Shown: in pieces, positions 31,419 through 40,439 of the stretch | Layout: every line of letters begins with the position of its first letter | How positions within the stretch are numbered: position 1 is the stretch's first letter | Assembly: GCA_028289135.1 (NCBI GenBank) | Contig: JAQGGW010000007.1 | Location: 2,300 to 66,299 of the forward strand | Length of the DNA stretch: 64,000 bases | Origin: Candidatus Saccharimonadota bacterium | GTDB taxonomy: Bacteria > Patescibacteriota > Saccharimonadia > Saccharimonadales > JACDBH01 | Reading direction: 5' to 3' | Notes under the pieces: model-generated | Told to the model about the DNA's origin: nothing | The model's database searches: none | Seen by the model: the letters and a program-made list of their open reading frames with translations, nothing else | Position numbers and translations under genes: made by a program

Positions 31419-31493
31419 TGGTGCCCCTGGCAGGAATCGAACCTACAGCCTCTCCTTAGGACGGAGCAATTTTATCCATTGAACTACAGGGGC
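31419..31493 (-). tRNA. tRNA-Arg (CCT)
   Basis: Acceptor GCCCCTG/CAGGGGC, loop GT-CCT-AA, GGTTCGATTCC, encoded CCA. Confidence 0.93.
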
Positions 31494-31598
31494 GCACTGA
31501 GCTTTAGTATACATGAAGTATGGCTCAGTACACATTGCTACATCATTGACAAATCACAAAGCTTATGCTAAAATGTATCCGTTAATCCTAAAACAAAC

Positions 31599-32246
31599 AT
31601 GACCAACCACGACGCCGAACCAAACCCAACAGATTTTCTTGATCCCACCGAATACAGCCGTGCACTGGGTCTTTTTCAAAAGGCGGTGTTGAAACGCGGG
31701 TTGTTTACAACTTTTGCAGGTGAAGATTTTCACGGCTCAAGCACGTACAGTGGTAAAGCTCCCTTTATTCAGAGGGATGACCCCCTAGGCGTAAGGCGTG
31801 AAATAACGTTCCAAGTTGGACAAATGCAAACAAAAGTCATTCTTAACTTACATAATAGTGCCATAGCTCGCTCAAGGCAGGCTGCCGACTCCGGCCCGGG
31901 CTACCAAGAGGCCGCAGAATCTGTAGAGGCGAACGGTTTGTCTATCGGGACTATTTTTGTTGGTGGTCTTGGGGACGAAGACTCTGATAATGGCAGTTTA
32001 GGCATATTTATCGAATTTTATGAAATGCCGCTTATACAAGTGACCGTGGATCAGAATATTCCCGGCACAACACCAAAAAGAGCAGCCGATATGCAGGTAT
32101 TTGCTGATTTCTTAGGTTTAGATCGTAGCTTTGCTACTGGTGAGCGTGAAGAAATGTATAGCCCATTTACAGAAGAAGATCTGACGAACTTTACCCAAGG
32201 ACTTGAACGGCTGTACCAACTCGATAGCAACGAAGTTACTTTATAG
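31599..32246 (+). CDS. Hypothetical protein
   Basis: 215-aa ORF after TTGACA..TGCTAAAAT promoter. Confidence 0.72.
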   Translation: MTNHDAEPNPTDFLDPTEYSRALGLFQKAVLKRGLFTTFAGEDFHGSSTYSGKAPFIQRDDPLGVRREITFQVGQMQTKVILNLHNSAIARSRQAADSGPGYQEAAESVEANGLSIGTIFVGGLGDEDSDNGSLGIFIEFYEMPLIQVTVDQNIPGTTPKRAADMQVFADFLGLDRSFATGEREEMYSPFTEEDLTNFTQGLERLYQLDSNEVTL

Positions 32247-32307
32247 CCTAAAGCTTTAACCAATGTACCCTTGTTAAGCCTTATGCTTTATACTGTTAAC
32301 AACAACC

Positions 32308-32871
32308 ATGGCCAAAGACACAACCGAAGCAGCCGAGAAAAAACTCTTTAAAGAGCAGTTTGAGGACGAAGATGTCCTTTTAGTTTTTCGCAAGCACCCG
32401 GTGGTTATGCGCAAAGGGCTTGTCCTTGCCAGTGTGGCGGTGTTGTTTGGCACGGTGCCGGCACTGATTAAGCCCGAATTTAGCTGGTTTTTTGGCGGGC
32501 TAGCTGGGGGCTTTATCCTGTCGGGCCTGGTGTTTTTGCCGTTTTGGATCAGCTGGCATTTTAGCGTTTATATTGTTACCAACCAGCGCTTGATCCAGAT
32601 TACTCAAAAGGGTCTGTTCCACCGCAGTATGGTGGGCTTGGGGCTCAACCAGATCCAGATGGTAAACTACGAAATCGCCGGTCTGCAGGAAACACTGCTT
32701 GGGTTTGGTACAATAATGATACAAACTTTTGTGGGGAGTTTGACCATTCACGAAGTTCACAAGCCAGCCTTGATCCAAAAAGAGCTGCTCGAAATCCTGC
32801 GCGAACAGGGCATCAGCGCCTCTACCACCCCAGTTACGGGCCAAGGCATTGAAGACGAAGACCAAGAATAG
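32308..32871 (+). CDS. Bacterial PH-domain membrane protein
   Basis: RKHP, two TMs, YIVTNQRLI, QKGLF, LLGFGTI.IQT. Confidence 0.8.
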   Translation: MAKDTTEAAEKKLFKEQFEDEDVLLVFRKHPVVMRKGLVLASVAVLFGTVPALIKPEFSWFFGGLAGGFILSGLVFLPFWISWHFSVYIVTNQRLIQITQKGLFHRSMVGLGLNQIQMVNYEIAGLQETLLGFGTIMIQTFVGSLTIHEVHKPALIQKELLEILREQGISASTTPVTGQGIEDEDQE

Positions 32872-32888
32872 GAACATTTAGAATATTT

Positions 32889-34004
32889 ATGAAAAAGCCC
32901 AATCTCAAGAAAATTAAACTAAAAAAACCTGACCTCAAGCAGGGAATCCAGCACGTCAAAAAACTGCGCAATCCTATTAAAAACGTTAAGGCATACCGCA
33001 CAAACCGCACCAACGTTACTGCCAAGGCCGTCGTGCCGTTTATTACCAACGAAACTGTCGCCGAACACCGTGAAGAAGTGCTAAAAGGCGCCCGCAAATA
33101 CATTTATCCGCTCCAGCATTCCAAGCATAAGATTGTGGTTATTTCCTCCAGCATTTTTGCCACTATGGTCGTGGGTCTGTTTGCCTACGGGGCTGTTTCA
33201 CTCTACAAACTCCAGTCAACCTCCACATTTGTCTACCGCATCACTCAAGTCGTGCCTTTCCCAGTGGCACGGGTGCACGGCAATATGGTTAGTTACGAAA
33301 GCTACCTTTTTGAACTCCGCCACTACATGCATTATTACGAAACCCAGCAAAAACTTAGCTTCCAGACCAAAGAGGGCAAACAACAGCTCCAGGCCTACAA
33401 ACAGCGCGCGCTTCAAACCGTTATTGACGACGCTTATGTAAAACAACTGGCCGAAAAGAACAAAGTAAGTGTCACCAACCGCGAAGTCGACCAAGAAATT
33501 GCCATCGTTAAGGCCCAAAACCGCCTTGGCACCAGCGACCAAGTGTTCGAAGACGTCCTGCGCGATTTCTGGGGTTGGTCGCTCAACGACTTTAAACGCT
33601 CATTGCGCCAGCAGCTTTTGGCGCGCAAAGTAGTCAGCAAGCTCGACACCGCCGCCCACACAAAAGCCACCGCTGCTTTGGCCGAGCTTAACTCTGGCGC
33701 TGTCTTTGGTGACGTGGCCAAAAAATATTCCAACGACACCGCAGCCAACGGCGACTACGCCAGCCTAATCGACCGCTCCAACCGCGACGTGGACGCCCGG
33801 GTCACAGCCGCATTGTTTGCTCTAAAGCCAGGCCAGACCAGCGGAATTATCGACACCGGCTACTCTCTTGAAATCGTAAAACTTACAGGCATAGAAGGCG
33901 GCAAAGCCCATGCCAGCCACATTCAGATTAACCTCAAGAACCTCAAAGATTTCCTAGATCCAATCAAGGCCAAACAAAAAGCCCACCGCTACATTAAAGT
34001 CTAG
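32889..34004 (+). CDS. SurA/PrsA-like peptidylprolyl isomerase (parvulin) foldase
   Basis: TM anchor, SurA N-domain pattern, F..VAKKYS.D, ALFALKPGQTS.IIDTGY. Confidence 0.8.
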   Translation: MKKPNLKKIKLKKPDLKQGIQHVKKLRNPIKNVKAYRTNRTNVTAKAVVPFITNETVAEHREEVLKGARKYIYPLQHSKHKIVVISSSIFATMVVGLFAYGAVSLYKLQSTSTFVYRITQVVPFPVARVHGNMVSYESYLFELRHYMHYYETQQKLSFQTKEGKQQLQAYKQRALQTVIDDAYVKQLAEKNKVSVTNREVDQEIAIVKAQNRLGTSDQVFEDVLRDFWGWSLNDFKRSLRQQLLARKVVSKLDTAAHTKATAALAELNSGAVFGDVAKKYSNDTAANGDYASLIDRSNRDVDARVTAALFALKPGQTSGIIDTGYSLEIVKLTGIEGGKAHASHIQINLKNLKDFLDPIKAKQKAHRYIKV

Positions 34005-34010
34005 CCAAAG

Positions 34011-34955
34011 TTATTTCTTAACAGTAACAGATGAAAAGATGTCTTTAAGAACAGGGTAAGTGTCCGGTTTTTGGACGGTGGTGTAGCTAACGGTAAAGAG
34101 CTGCTCGTGGCCTGGGGCGGGGAAGACGGCCATGTATGTCTGGTTGTCAGGCGTGCAGACAGGTACGCTTGTTTTATTCATAACAACGCTAAAGACTGGT
34201 TTCCAGCCGTTGCCAACCTTGGTACAAGTCGTAAGGTCGGCGGTTGGCGTTAGCTTTACGCTGGCCGTAGTGGAGTCAACTTCGTGTTTAAGCGCGGTGG
34301 TTTTGTCAGCAAGCGCCACAGACTTGGAGTGGCGGTAAAACTTAAAGCTATAGGTGTAGCCAACACCCTTGGTCGACTGCGTGCCCAGGGTGCCGGAGTT
34401 GGTTTTTAGCAATATTCCAGCGCCCAAAACCACCAGCACAGCGACTAAGCCCTTGATGTTAATTGGCTGCTTTGGCTCGGGTGCTTCCGCAGGCTCGTCA
34501 TCAAGCTCCATTTCATCCTCCACCGGCATTCCAGCTTCGGCAGCAGAAACTGCGTCAACAGCCGCGTCATCCGAGGCAGCTGGTTCAATGGCGGCAAGTT
34601 CATAAGACAGCGCTGGAGTCACTGGTGTAGGTGTTTCAGACGTTTGAAATGGCTGGGCTTCTTCTACGGGCAAAGGCATGGCTAAAGGTTCAGACGCAGC
34701 TTGCGGAGAAGTAGCAGTTTGCTCAGGCGTAGCTTGTGGCACGGGTGAGACTACTTGATCTGTTGGGGTTAAATCAGCCGGCTCAACTGATGCTTTTTCG
34801 GTTTCGTCGAATGTTGGCAATGGCGGCAAGTCCGAAACAAGCGACATAGGCGCCTCTGTAACTGGCGGTACGGCAAAAGAAGCATCGTCTGCTGGAGAAG
34901 CAGGCACTCCCGTTTGGCTCCCGTTTGGCTCATTCGGAATATTTGTCTGATCCAT
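34011..34955 (-). CDS. Hypothetical membrane protein with long acidic P/A/E/T-rich N-terminus
   Basis: Low-complexity region, single TM, small C-terminal domain; TGCTATGAT 6 nt upstream of ATG. Confidence 0.75.
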   Translation of the reverse strand: MDQTNIPNEPNGSQTGVPASPADDASFAVPPVTEAPMSLVSDLPPLPTFDETEKASVEPADLTPTDQVVSPVPQATPEQTATSPQAASEPLAMPLPVEEAQPFQTSETPTPVTPALSYELAAIEPAASDDAAVDAVSAAEAGMPVEDEMELDDEPAEAPEPKQPINIKGLVAVLVVLGAGILLKTNSGTLGTQSTKGVGYTYSFKFYRHSKSVALADKTTALKHEVDSTTASVKLTPTADLTTCTKVGNGWKPVFSVVMNKTSVPVCTPDNQTYMAVFPAPGHEQLFTVSYTTVQKPDTYPVLKDIFSSVTVKK

Positions 34956-35016
34956 GAGCCAATCATAGCATAAGTATTAAGATTCTAAGAGGTTATTGCC
35001 TAAAATGTTTGAGCTT

Positions 35017-35439
35017 TTAAAGCCAGCTGGCGATGTAGTTCTTAGGCAAATGGTCGGCTCGCGCCCCAATAAGCGTCGTGCGTCGGTATTTAAAAGATGG
35101 AACACCACGTTTTACTTTGTGGCCAAGGTAGACGTAGGCATTAAGCGTTTTAGCGCCGGTGTGAATCCTGACCAGTTTGCGGCTGTAGTCACGCGGGACA
35201 TCTTCAAAACCGTCGAGTCTTTTAATGTCAGCCCGGCTCATTTGGTAGACCGCGCCCCAAACCTGGCCGCCATCATGCTTAGCAATGTTCAGATATGCTT
35301 TGTTATCCCAGTCGATGCATTCACCCCCGTAATACAGGGTATAGCCGTTTAAATATCCCACGCTCAAAAGCTTAGCACTCGGGCAGCGCTGGTGCATTTG
35401 GTGTTTGTTAAGGTTGGAGCCGTAGGCAAAATAAAGCAT
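35017..35439 (-). CDS. Gamma-glutamylcyclotransferase (AIG2-like) family protein
   Basis: LYFAYGSNL, VWG.VY, LD.FE, PS..Y; ATG at 35439, just after the upstream stop. Confidence 0.85.
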   Translation of the reverse strand: MLYFAYGSNLNKHQMHQRCPSAKLLSVGYLNGYTLYYGGECIDWDNKAYLNIAKHDGGQVWGAVYQMSRADIKRLDGFEDVPRDYSRKLVRIHTGAKTLNAYVYLGHKVKRGVPSFKYRRTTLIGARADHLPKNYIASWL

Positions 35440-35443
35440 ATGA

Positions 35444-36319
35444 TTATTTCCTCGACCGTTTAACAACTTTACGGGCAAGTGCTGCGCCCAAAGCAACTGT
35501 ACCTGCAGCAGCGGCAGTATTGTGGGCTGATGGCAGTTTATCTTTATTCTGGTTTGCAATATGTTTGCTGGCGGCAACGGCAAGGCGGGCGGCAGTAGCT
35601 GCGCCTTTGCGGCTAAATGGCGACACATACTCGCCACTTTGAGGGTGCAGCACATGCGGAATTTTCCCAGGCTGGGTAACATAACGGCTAGTACCAAAAA
35701 ACGGTGTGGCCACTTCGTTGGCGAGCTTTTGGAAGGCACGGGTACTTGGAGGGAGCTTCGTGAGCGCGGAGGCAGCTTGGGCAAAATTATCTCTGCTTGG
35801 GTTTCTCGCGTCTTTATAAAACTGCACGGCAGGGCGTGCCCTCAAGTTAATAGCATGACCATTGGACATGTCTGGGCCAACTGAAATCAGCGCTCCAGGT
35901 TTGGCCACATCATAAAAACCTTTCGCGGCTTTAAGGGCTGCTTCCGGATCGTCGATTGATAAATGAGGCAGGAGCCAGTAAGAAAAGACCACATCATATG
36001 TGCCGGGTTCGCCTTGCAGATGTGTAGCATCGCCGGCGATATGCTTAACATTTTCGGGTGCTCCGGCGGTAACTTCGGCTAAAATCTTAGGGTCACGGTA
36101 GCTGTAGTCAAAGTTGGTCCAGGTAATGTCTGGGCGCAGTGCAGCTACTTCATTACCAAACGGCGAAGCGCCGGCACCGGCGTCTAAAACTTGCGCATTG
36201 GGCGCTAATCTTTTAGCCAAGTCCTCAACGCTTTCAAAACCATGCATCCGCGCCAAAAGCTCAGCGGAGCGGTGAGTAGTAACGGCTTGTTCGTAGACGG
36301 TAAGGTTTGGTTGTGTCAT
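35444..36319 (-). CDS. Class I SAM-dependent methyltransferase
   Basis: VLDAGAG motif I, GDA, YDVV, KPG. Confidence 0.8.
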   Translation of the reverse strand: MTQPNLTVYEQAVTTHRSAELLARMHGFESVEDLAKRLAPNAQVLDAGAGASPFGNEVAALRPDITWTNFDYSYRDPKILAEVTAGAPENVKHIAGDATHLQGEPGTYDVVFSYWLLPHLSIDDPEAALKAAKGFYDVAKPGALISVGPDMSNGHAINLRARPAVQFYKDARNPSRDNFAQAASALTKLPPSTRAFQKLANEVATPFFGTSRYVTQPGKIPHVLHPQSGEYVSPFSRKGAATAARLAVAASKHIANQNKDKLPSAHNTAAAAGTVALGAALARKVVKRSRK

Positions 36320-36324
36320 TTTTA

Positions 36325-36891
36325 TTATTCTTGTGGTTCGGATGAATTTTTAATAAGAAAGGCTAGTCTTTGTAAATCAAGACCAAGAGGATTCGTAGAC
36401 CTACCGCGAAGCGTTTCGTCTGAAATTCGTGCTATTTCATTTACAGCATTAACGGTACGTTGCCAGTGAAACAAGTTAAATACGCTGTCAGGTACCTCAA
36501 TACCATTTGCTTCATAACCTTGCGCGGTGGTTCTCTTAACTTTTCTGACCGTTGCACTTGGTCCGCCGCCTATACACCATAGTGGAACGTTTGTATCTTT
36601 ATGGACGTCACCTGCCGTAAGTACGCCTTTTGCACGCCCCTCTTGCACTAATGTCTGAAACTCAGTCCAGGCAGGGTCTGCAAACATTGGCTCAAGAATT
36701 TTATCCGCCAACCCCGTAACCAACCCTAATTGTGCGCGGTCATGTTCGCTTAGAGCTAAATTTTTACCATAATATGTACGTGGTTCAAGGGCAGCCGTTG
36801 TCAGTTGGTTAAGTGCTGCTTTGTCTATAGCGTCAACAGTTAAGGCTTCTGCGCCTGCTAAAGGGTCTTGTGGTGTTGGATCGTGTGTCAT
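36325..36891 (-). CDS. Hypothetical protein
   Basis: 188-aa ORF, first of a three-gene minus-strand run. Confidence 0.65.
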   Translation of the reverse strand: MTHDPTPQDPLAGAEALTVDAIDKAALNQLTTAALEPRTYYGKNLALSEHDRAQLGLVTGLADKILEPMFADPAWTEFQTLVQEGRAKGVLTAGDVHKDTNVPLWCIGGGPSATVRKVKRTTAQGYEANGIEVPDSVFNLFHWQRTVNAVNEIARISDETLRGRSTNPLGLDLQRLAFLIKNSSEPQE

Positions 36892-36969
36892 GAAGTATTT
36901 GTTTTTTAATTAACACCTATAATCTATCACACTTATGCTTAAATGTCAATGTTATGTTGCTGCCTAAAA

Positions 36970-37644
36970 CTAGGCAAGGGCGAGTAAAACTATGCCAAGG
37001 ATTAGGCTGATGGCAACAAGGGCTTGGGAGGCGTAGTTTTTAAGCAGTTTTTGGACGCGGGCTAAGAATTTATCGCGCTCCGCAGTGGGCGTTAGGCGGA
37101 AGGCAAGTACGACGGCAATTTGTATTACCAAAGCAGCCACTGCATAGGTGGCAACGGCGGCAACTAATGAAAGATTACTTAAAGAAAACTGGCCAGCACG
37201 GACCATGGCGATCACAAATACCACGTCCAAAACAGATTGCACGGCCACAATCAGCCCGCCGAGCAAAAATAATTTGAGGTGGTTTAGTTTGAGCCATTTG
37301 CGGGTTTTTGACGGCAGTTCTCCCTCGGTTTTGCCTGATTTTAGCCGCATAAATGTGACAGTAGCCACGCAGAGCAAGATAACCCCAGCAGCTCTTTCAA
37401 CACCCGGCAAAAACCAAGAGTTTGCATGCTCAAAATGCAGCACAAAAGTGCCGATTCCTTTCGCAAATACCAGCCCCATGAGCATCAGGGCAGTAAAGCT
37501 CCCGCTTAAAAAGATCAGCGCGCGTTTGTAGGGGTGTTTTTGCACCAAAAGCACGGGCATAATCCCAATCCCTACAGGGTCAACGGCCGAAAGGCCCAAA
37601 ATTGCCAACGAAATAAAAAGTCTTAGCACGCTAATAGTATACAA
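36970..37644 (-). CDS. Multi-pass membrane protein, GAP/LysE-superfamily-like
   Basis: Six hydrophobic segments; AVDP motif near the N-terminus. Confidence 0.6.
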   Translation of the reverse strand: MYTISVLRLFISLAILGLSAVDPVGIGIMPVLLVQKHPYKRALIFLSGSFTALMLMGLVFAKGIGTFVLHFEHANSWFLPGVERAAGVILLCVATVTFMRLKSGKTEGELPSKTRKWLKLNHLKLFLLGGLIVAVQSVLDVVFVIAMVRAGQFSLSNLSLVAAVATYAVAALVIQIAVVLAFRLTPTAERDKFLARVQKLLKNYASQALVAISLILGIVLLALA

Positions 37645-37677
37645 CTGCTTAACATCAACTTATGCTACGATGTGGTT

Positions 37678-37980
37678 ATGATTTCAAACGAGAAAATGAC
37701 CGCTGTTGAGATGGAACGGATTCTTGAGCATTATGAACTAAACAGGATTCACACCGACGTTTTTGAAAAGGCAATTCTTTTGGTAATAGCTTCATTAGGG
37801 CTAATTACGGCTTTGGCGTGGGACACCGCGCTGAGCAGCCTGTTTGAGCGCATGTTTGGCGGCCGGCAAACTTTGGCCGAGGAGCTTAGCTACGCGGCTG
37901 TTATAACTATTATCGCGGCTGTGGTATCTGTTTTGTTAGGGCGGTCCATCAAGAAAAAAGCCAAGAAAACTAAAAAATAA
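37678..37980 (+). CDS. Small membrane protein (DUF5654-like)
   Basis: LGLITALAWD...YA..IT pattern. Confidence 0.65.
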   Translation: MISNEKMTAVEMERILEHYELNRIHTDVFEKAILLVIASLGLITALAWDTALSSLFERMFGGRQTLAEELSYAAVITIIAAVVSVLLGRSIKKKAKKTKK

Positions 37981-38062
37981 ACGATCGTAATAAGGTCACA
38001 CCTTTTTATCAAAACTATTTCAATCAGTTAAGGTTGTAAATAAGGTAAAAAAGTGCTAAAAT

Positions 38063-38899
38063 ATGCTTATGATCGATGCTAGAAATATACTTTCTGTAAA
38101 CCCTTTTGATCTCGAAGATGCAAGGATTGCAAAGCGCCTTGGTATACACCTGCCTGATCTTTGGATGACAGAGCGTTACGAAGAGCGGTTAGCCCGTGAA
38201 GGATTTAGCTTACAGGTTGACCCAGATAAACTCATAGCAGCCTTTGACAGGCTTGAGATAGGCGGCGACACCGTAGGTTTTGGTGTGCTGTTTGACTCAT
38301 TAGGCTATGAAGCTGGGCCAGAAACAATCCGTAAGTATGCAGGTGTTGATAAATTTAGATACGGGAGCAATGTAAGCGACCGTGATAGTGATTTGCCATT
38401 TTTTACGCTTCTTGCGGACCCAACTCCTACAGTTGTCGAGCACTCTGCAGAGCGCGCAACATTTGGGTTACTGCTCGGGTCAAAAGTAATGAGCGAAATG
38501 ATCGATTATGAAGCGCAGGAAGAGCTGGAAGTACAGCGCGATAAAAAGGCCAATCATCTTAAGGTCACCGGACTTTATACCAATGTTGGCGTCGTAATTT
38601 CTAATATGATTGCACGAGTATCCGGTGCTTATGATGGTATACCAGTAGTGGGAAATCCAATTGTCACGGCTGTAGGCGCTGGCGTTTTGGGTGCGGCTGC
38701 AAGCGGACTTGGCAGACATAAGAGCAGTGAAGTTAAAAACGGCGAAGTATGTGAATACGCTGAATCAATCGCAGAAGAAATGGTTCTGCCTGTAGCTCAG
38801 CAATTTTCTGTAATTTCCTTTCAGCCAATGATAGGTACTGACCCAACCATCTCACGCAAACTACTCAAAGAAATTAGAGGCGAAGTAGAAAACCTGTAG
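38063..38899 (+). CDS. Hypothetical protein
   Basis: 278-aa ORF; start may be ATG 38069. Confidence 0.7.
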   Translation: MLMIDARNILSVNPFDLEDARIAKRLGIHLPDLWMTERYEERLAREGFSLQVDPDKLIAAFDRLEIGGDTVGFGVLFDSLGYEAGPETIRKYAGVDKFRYGSNVSDRDSDLPFFTLLADPTPTVVEHSAERATFGLLLGSKVMSEMIDYEAQEELEVQRDKKANHLKVTGLYTNVGVVISNMIARVSGAYDGIPVVGNPIVTAVGAGVLGAAASGLGRHKSSEVKNGEVCEYAESIAEEMVLPVAQQFSVISFQPMIGTDPTISRKLLKEIRGEVENL

Positions 38900-38981
38900 A
38901 AGCTGTACTACAGAAAAAGACCTTATCTCAAGACTAGTCTTTTTGAATATATTTTTGGTGGGCCGCAAAGCCAAAAAATAG

Positions 38982-39776
38982 TTATTTATCCGCACGCTGT
39001 TTGGCTGACAGCAAAATAAACGCATAAAAAGCAGCACCGGAAAGGCCAAGCGCAAAACTAAGCACGGCCGGGGTTTTAGTAAGTGTTTGGTGAATTATAA
39101 TCATAAAAAGCAGCGAGCCACCATAGCTAAGGGGCAGCCTGCGCAAAAATCCTTCCAGGAATTTCGCACCTTGGGACTTGTTCAAAAAATACAAAATACT
39201 GCCTAGCATAACGGGGAAGCTGCTGATAATCCCACCCCAGACCGGCCCTAAAAAGCGGGCAGCAACTACCGCGCTTGCTATCAGCACACCGCCAACGAAA
39301 AAACGCAGAGCATACATGTGCTTAGGGAGGGGAATTTTGTTTGGAACAATAACGCTAAAGTCACGAAACTTATAAAGGAAAGCCGCTAATCCTAGCGTAG
39401 CCAGAAGCACCACAGCGTAAAAGTCCAGGCTTGAGAGTTGTCTAATAGCAATCGCCGCGGCAAGCCACGCAAGAGTAGCAAGCGTTATTGCGATTGGGTG
39501 TTTTCTTGCATGGGACGACTTCTTGACGGCTTGCATAAACACGAGCGCATAGATCAGCGTGGCGATAAACATAAGTGGTGCAATGGAAACCGCCGAACGC
39601 GCGTCCGCAGGCCCTTCGGTAATGGCAATAAAAGATAAACTGACGAGAATAGTGGAAGGAAGACCTGCAACCGCACCGCCAATACGCGATCCAAGCCGCT
39701 CTGACAGCCACACAACGCCAGCAACATAACCGCCGCCCACAACAAACGAAGCAAATATCTTTAAGGCGTAGTCCAT
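38982..39776 (-). CDS. Multi-pass membrane protein with internal duplication (DUF3147-like)
   Basis: Two halves: FVVGG..GSRIGGAVAGLP and FFVGG..GPVWGGIISSFP. Confidence 0.7.
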   Translation of the reverse strand: MDYALKIFASFVVGGGYVAGVVWLSERLGSRIGGAVAGLPSTILVSLSFIAITEGPADARSAVSIAPLMFIATLIYALVFMQAVKKSSHARKHPIAITLATLAWLAAAIAIRQLSSLDFYAVVLLATLGLAAFLYKFRDFSVIVPNKIPLPKHMYALRFFVGGVLIASAVVAARFLGPVWGGIISSFPVMLGSILYFLNKSQGAKFLEGFLRRLPLSYGGSLLFMIIIHQTLTKTPAVLSFALGLSGAAFYAFILLSAKQRADK

Positions 39777-39978
39777 GGTCTCATCATAGCAAACATCAGG
39801 TTATTTTTTAGTTTCCCAGAGGTTGGTGATGTCTGTCCAAGTGAGCTTTTCGAGGCTGGTATCAAAACGACAAAAACTAACATTAAAAGTGTGAAGTATT
39901 TCACTGAAGGTTATATTGCTTTGCCATACACTACTATTGCAACGTTGCGCTGATACGTAAAAAGCTAAGGAGAATATT

Positions 39979-40143
39979 ATGGCAGACAACACATCAGGCC
40001 GAGGATTTGCATCAATGGATGAAGACAAGCAAAAAGAAATTGCTAGCAAGGGCGGCAAAGCTACCGGCGGCAAGAACTTAAGCACCGAAGCACGCGCCAA
40101 GGGCGGCAAGAACAGCCATGGCGGCGGTCGTAAGAGCGAATAA
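39979..40143 (+). CDS. KGG-repeat general stress protein (54 aa; not in ORF track)
   Basis: MADNTSGRGFASMDEDKQKEIASKGGKATGGKNLSTEARAKGGKNSHGGGRKSE; AAGGAG RBS; terminator-like hairpin follows. Confidence 0.88.
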   Translation: MADNTSGRGFASMDEDKQKEIASKGGKATGGKNLSTEARAKGGKNSHGGGRKSE

Positions 40144-40266
40144 AAAGTTTTAGCAAACAAATTCCATAAGAGTCCCCTGGAAGGACACCTCACTCGATGG
40201 GGTGTCCTTTTTTGCTACTAGATAATTTTGTAGCAAAGTAATTATCATTTTTACGTGTGAACATAG

Positions 40267-40410
40267 TTGACGGGAGGCGTGAGTAATGGTATTTTAGGTT
40301 AGATGAAAAGACGAAGTGCCGAATTGACCATGATGATGCCCATGCAATGCCCTCAGGCTGGTTAGTTAGACATTTAATCAAGAATTTTACCGGCCTGAGG
40401 GCCGATTTTT
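40267..40410 (+). promoter_or_regulatory. Promoter plus putative Met-sensing leader-peptide attenuator
   Basis: TTGACG-17-TATTTT; uORF 40303-40365; alternative stems 40349-40362:40389-40402 versus 40391-40404 plus T-tract. Confidence 0.65.
40303..40365 (+). CDS. Putative leader peptide MKRRSAELTMMMPMQCPQAG
   Basis: ATG 7 nt after the -10 box; MMMPM run; stop adjoins the antiterminator arm. Confidence 0.6.
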   Translation: MKRRSAELTMMMPMQCPQAG

Positions 40411-40439
40411 AATTTATTAGTAAATATTTGAGGAGAAAA

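Noticed and set aside
31255..31443. Three spaced ~25-bp direct repeats resembling a mini CRISPR array
   Set aside because: The repeats are the tRNA-Arg 3' end, spacing is uneven, the spacers share a hairpin, and there are no cas genes in the window.
35440..35784. N-terminal 115-aa extension of the gamma-glutamylcyclotransferase ORF
   Set aside because: It overlaps the methyltransferase gene in another frame; family homology starts at ATG 35439.
39801..40193. 130-aa minus-strand ORF
   Set aside because: Antisense shadow of the KGG protein gene.
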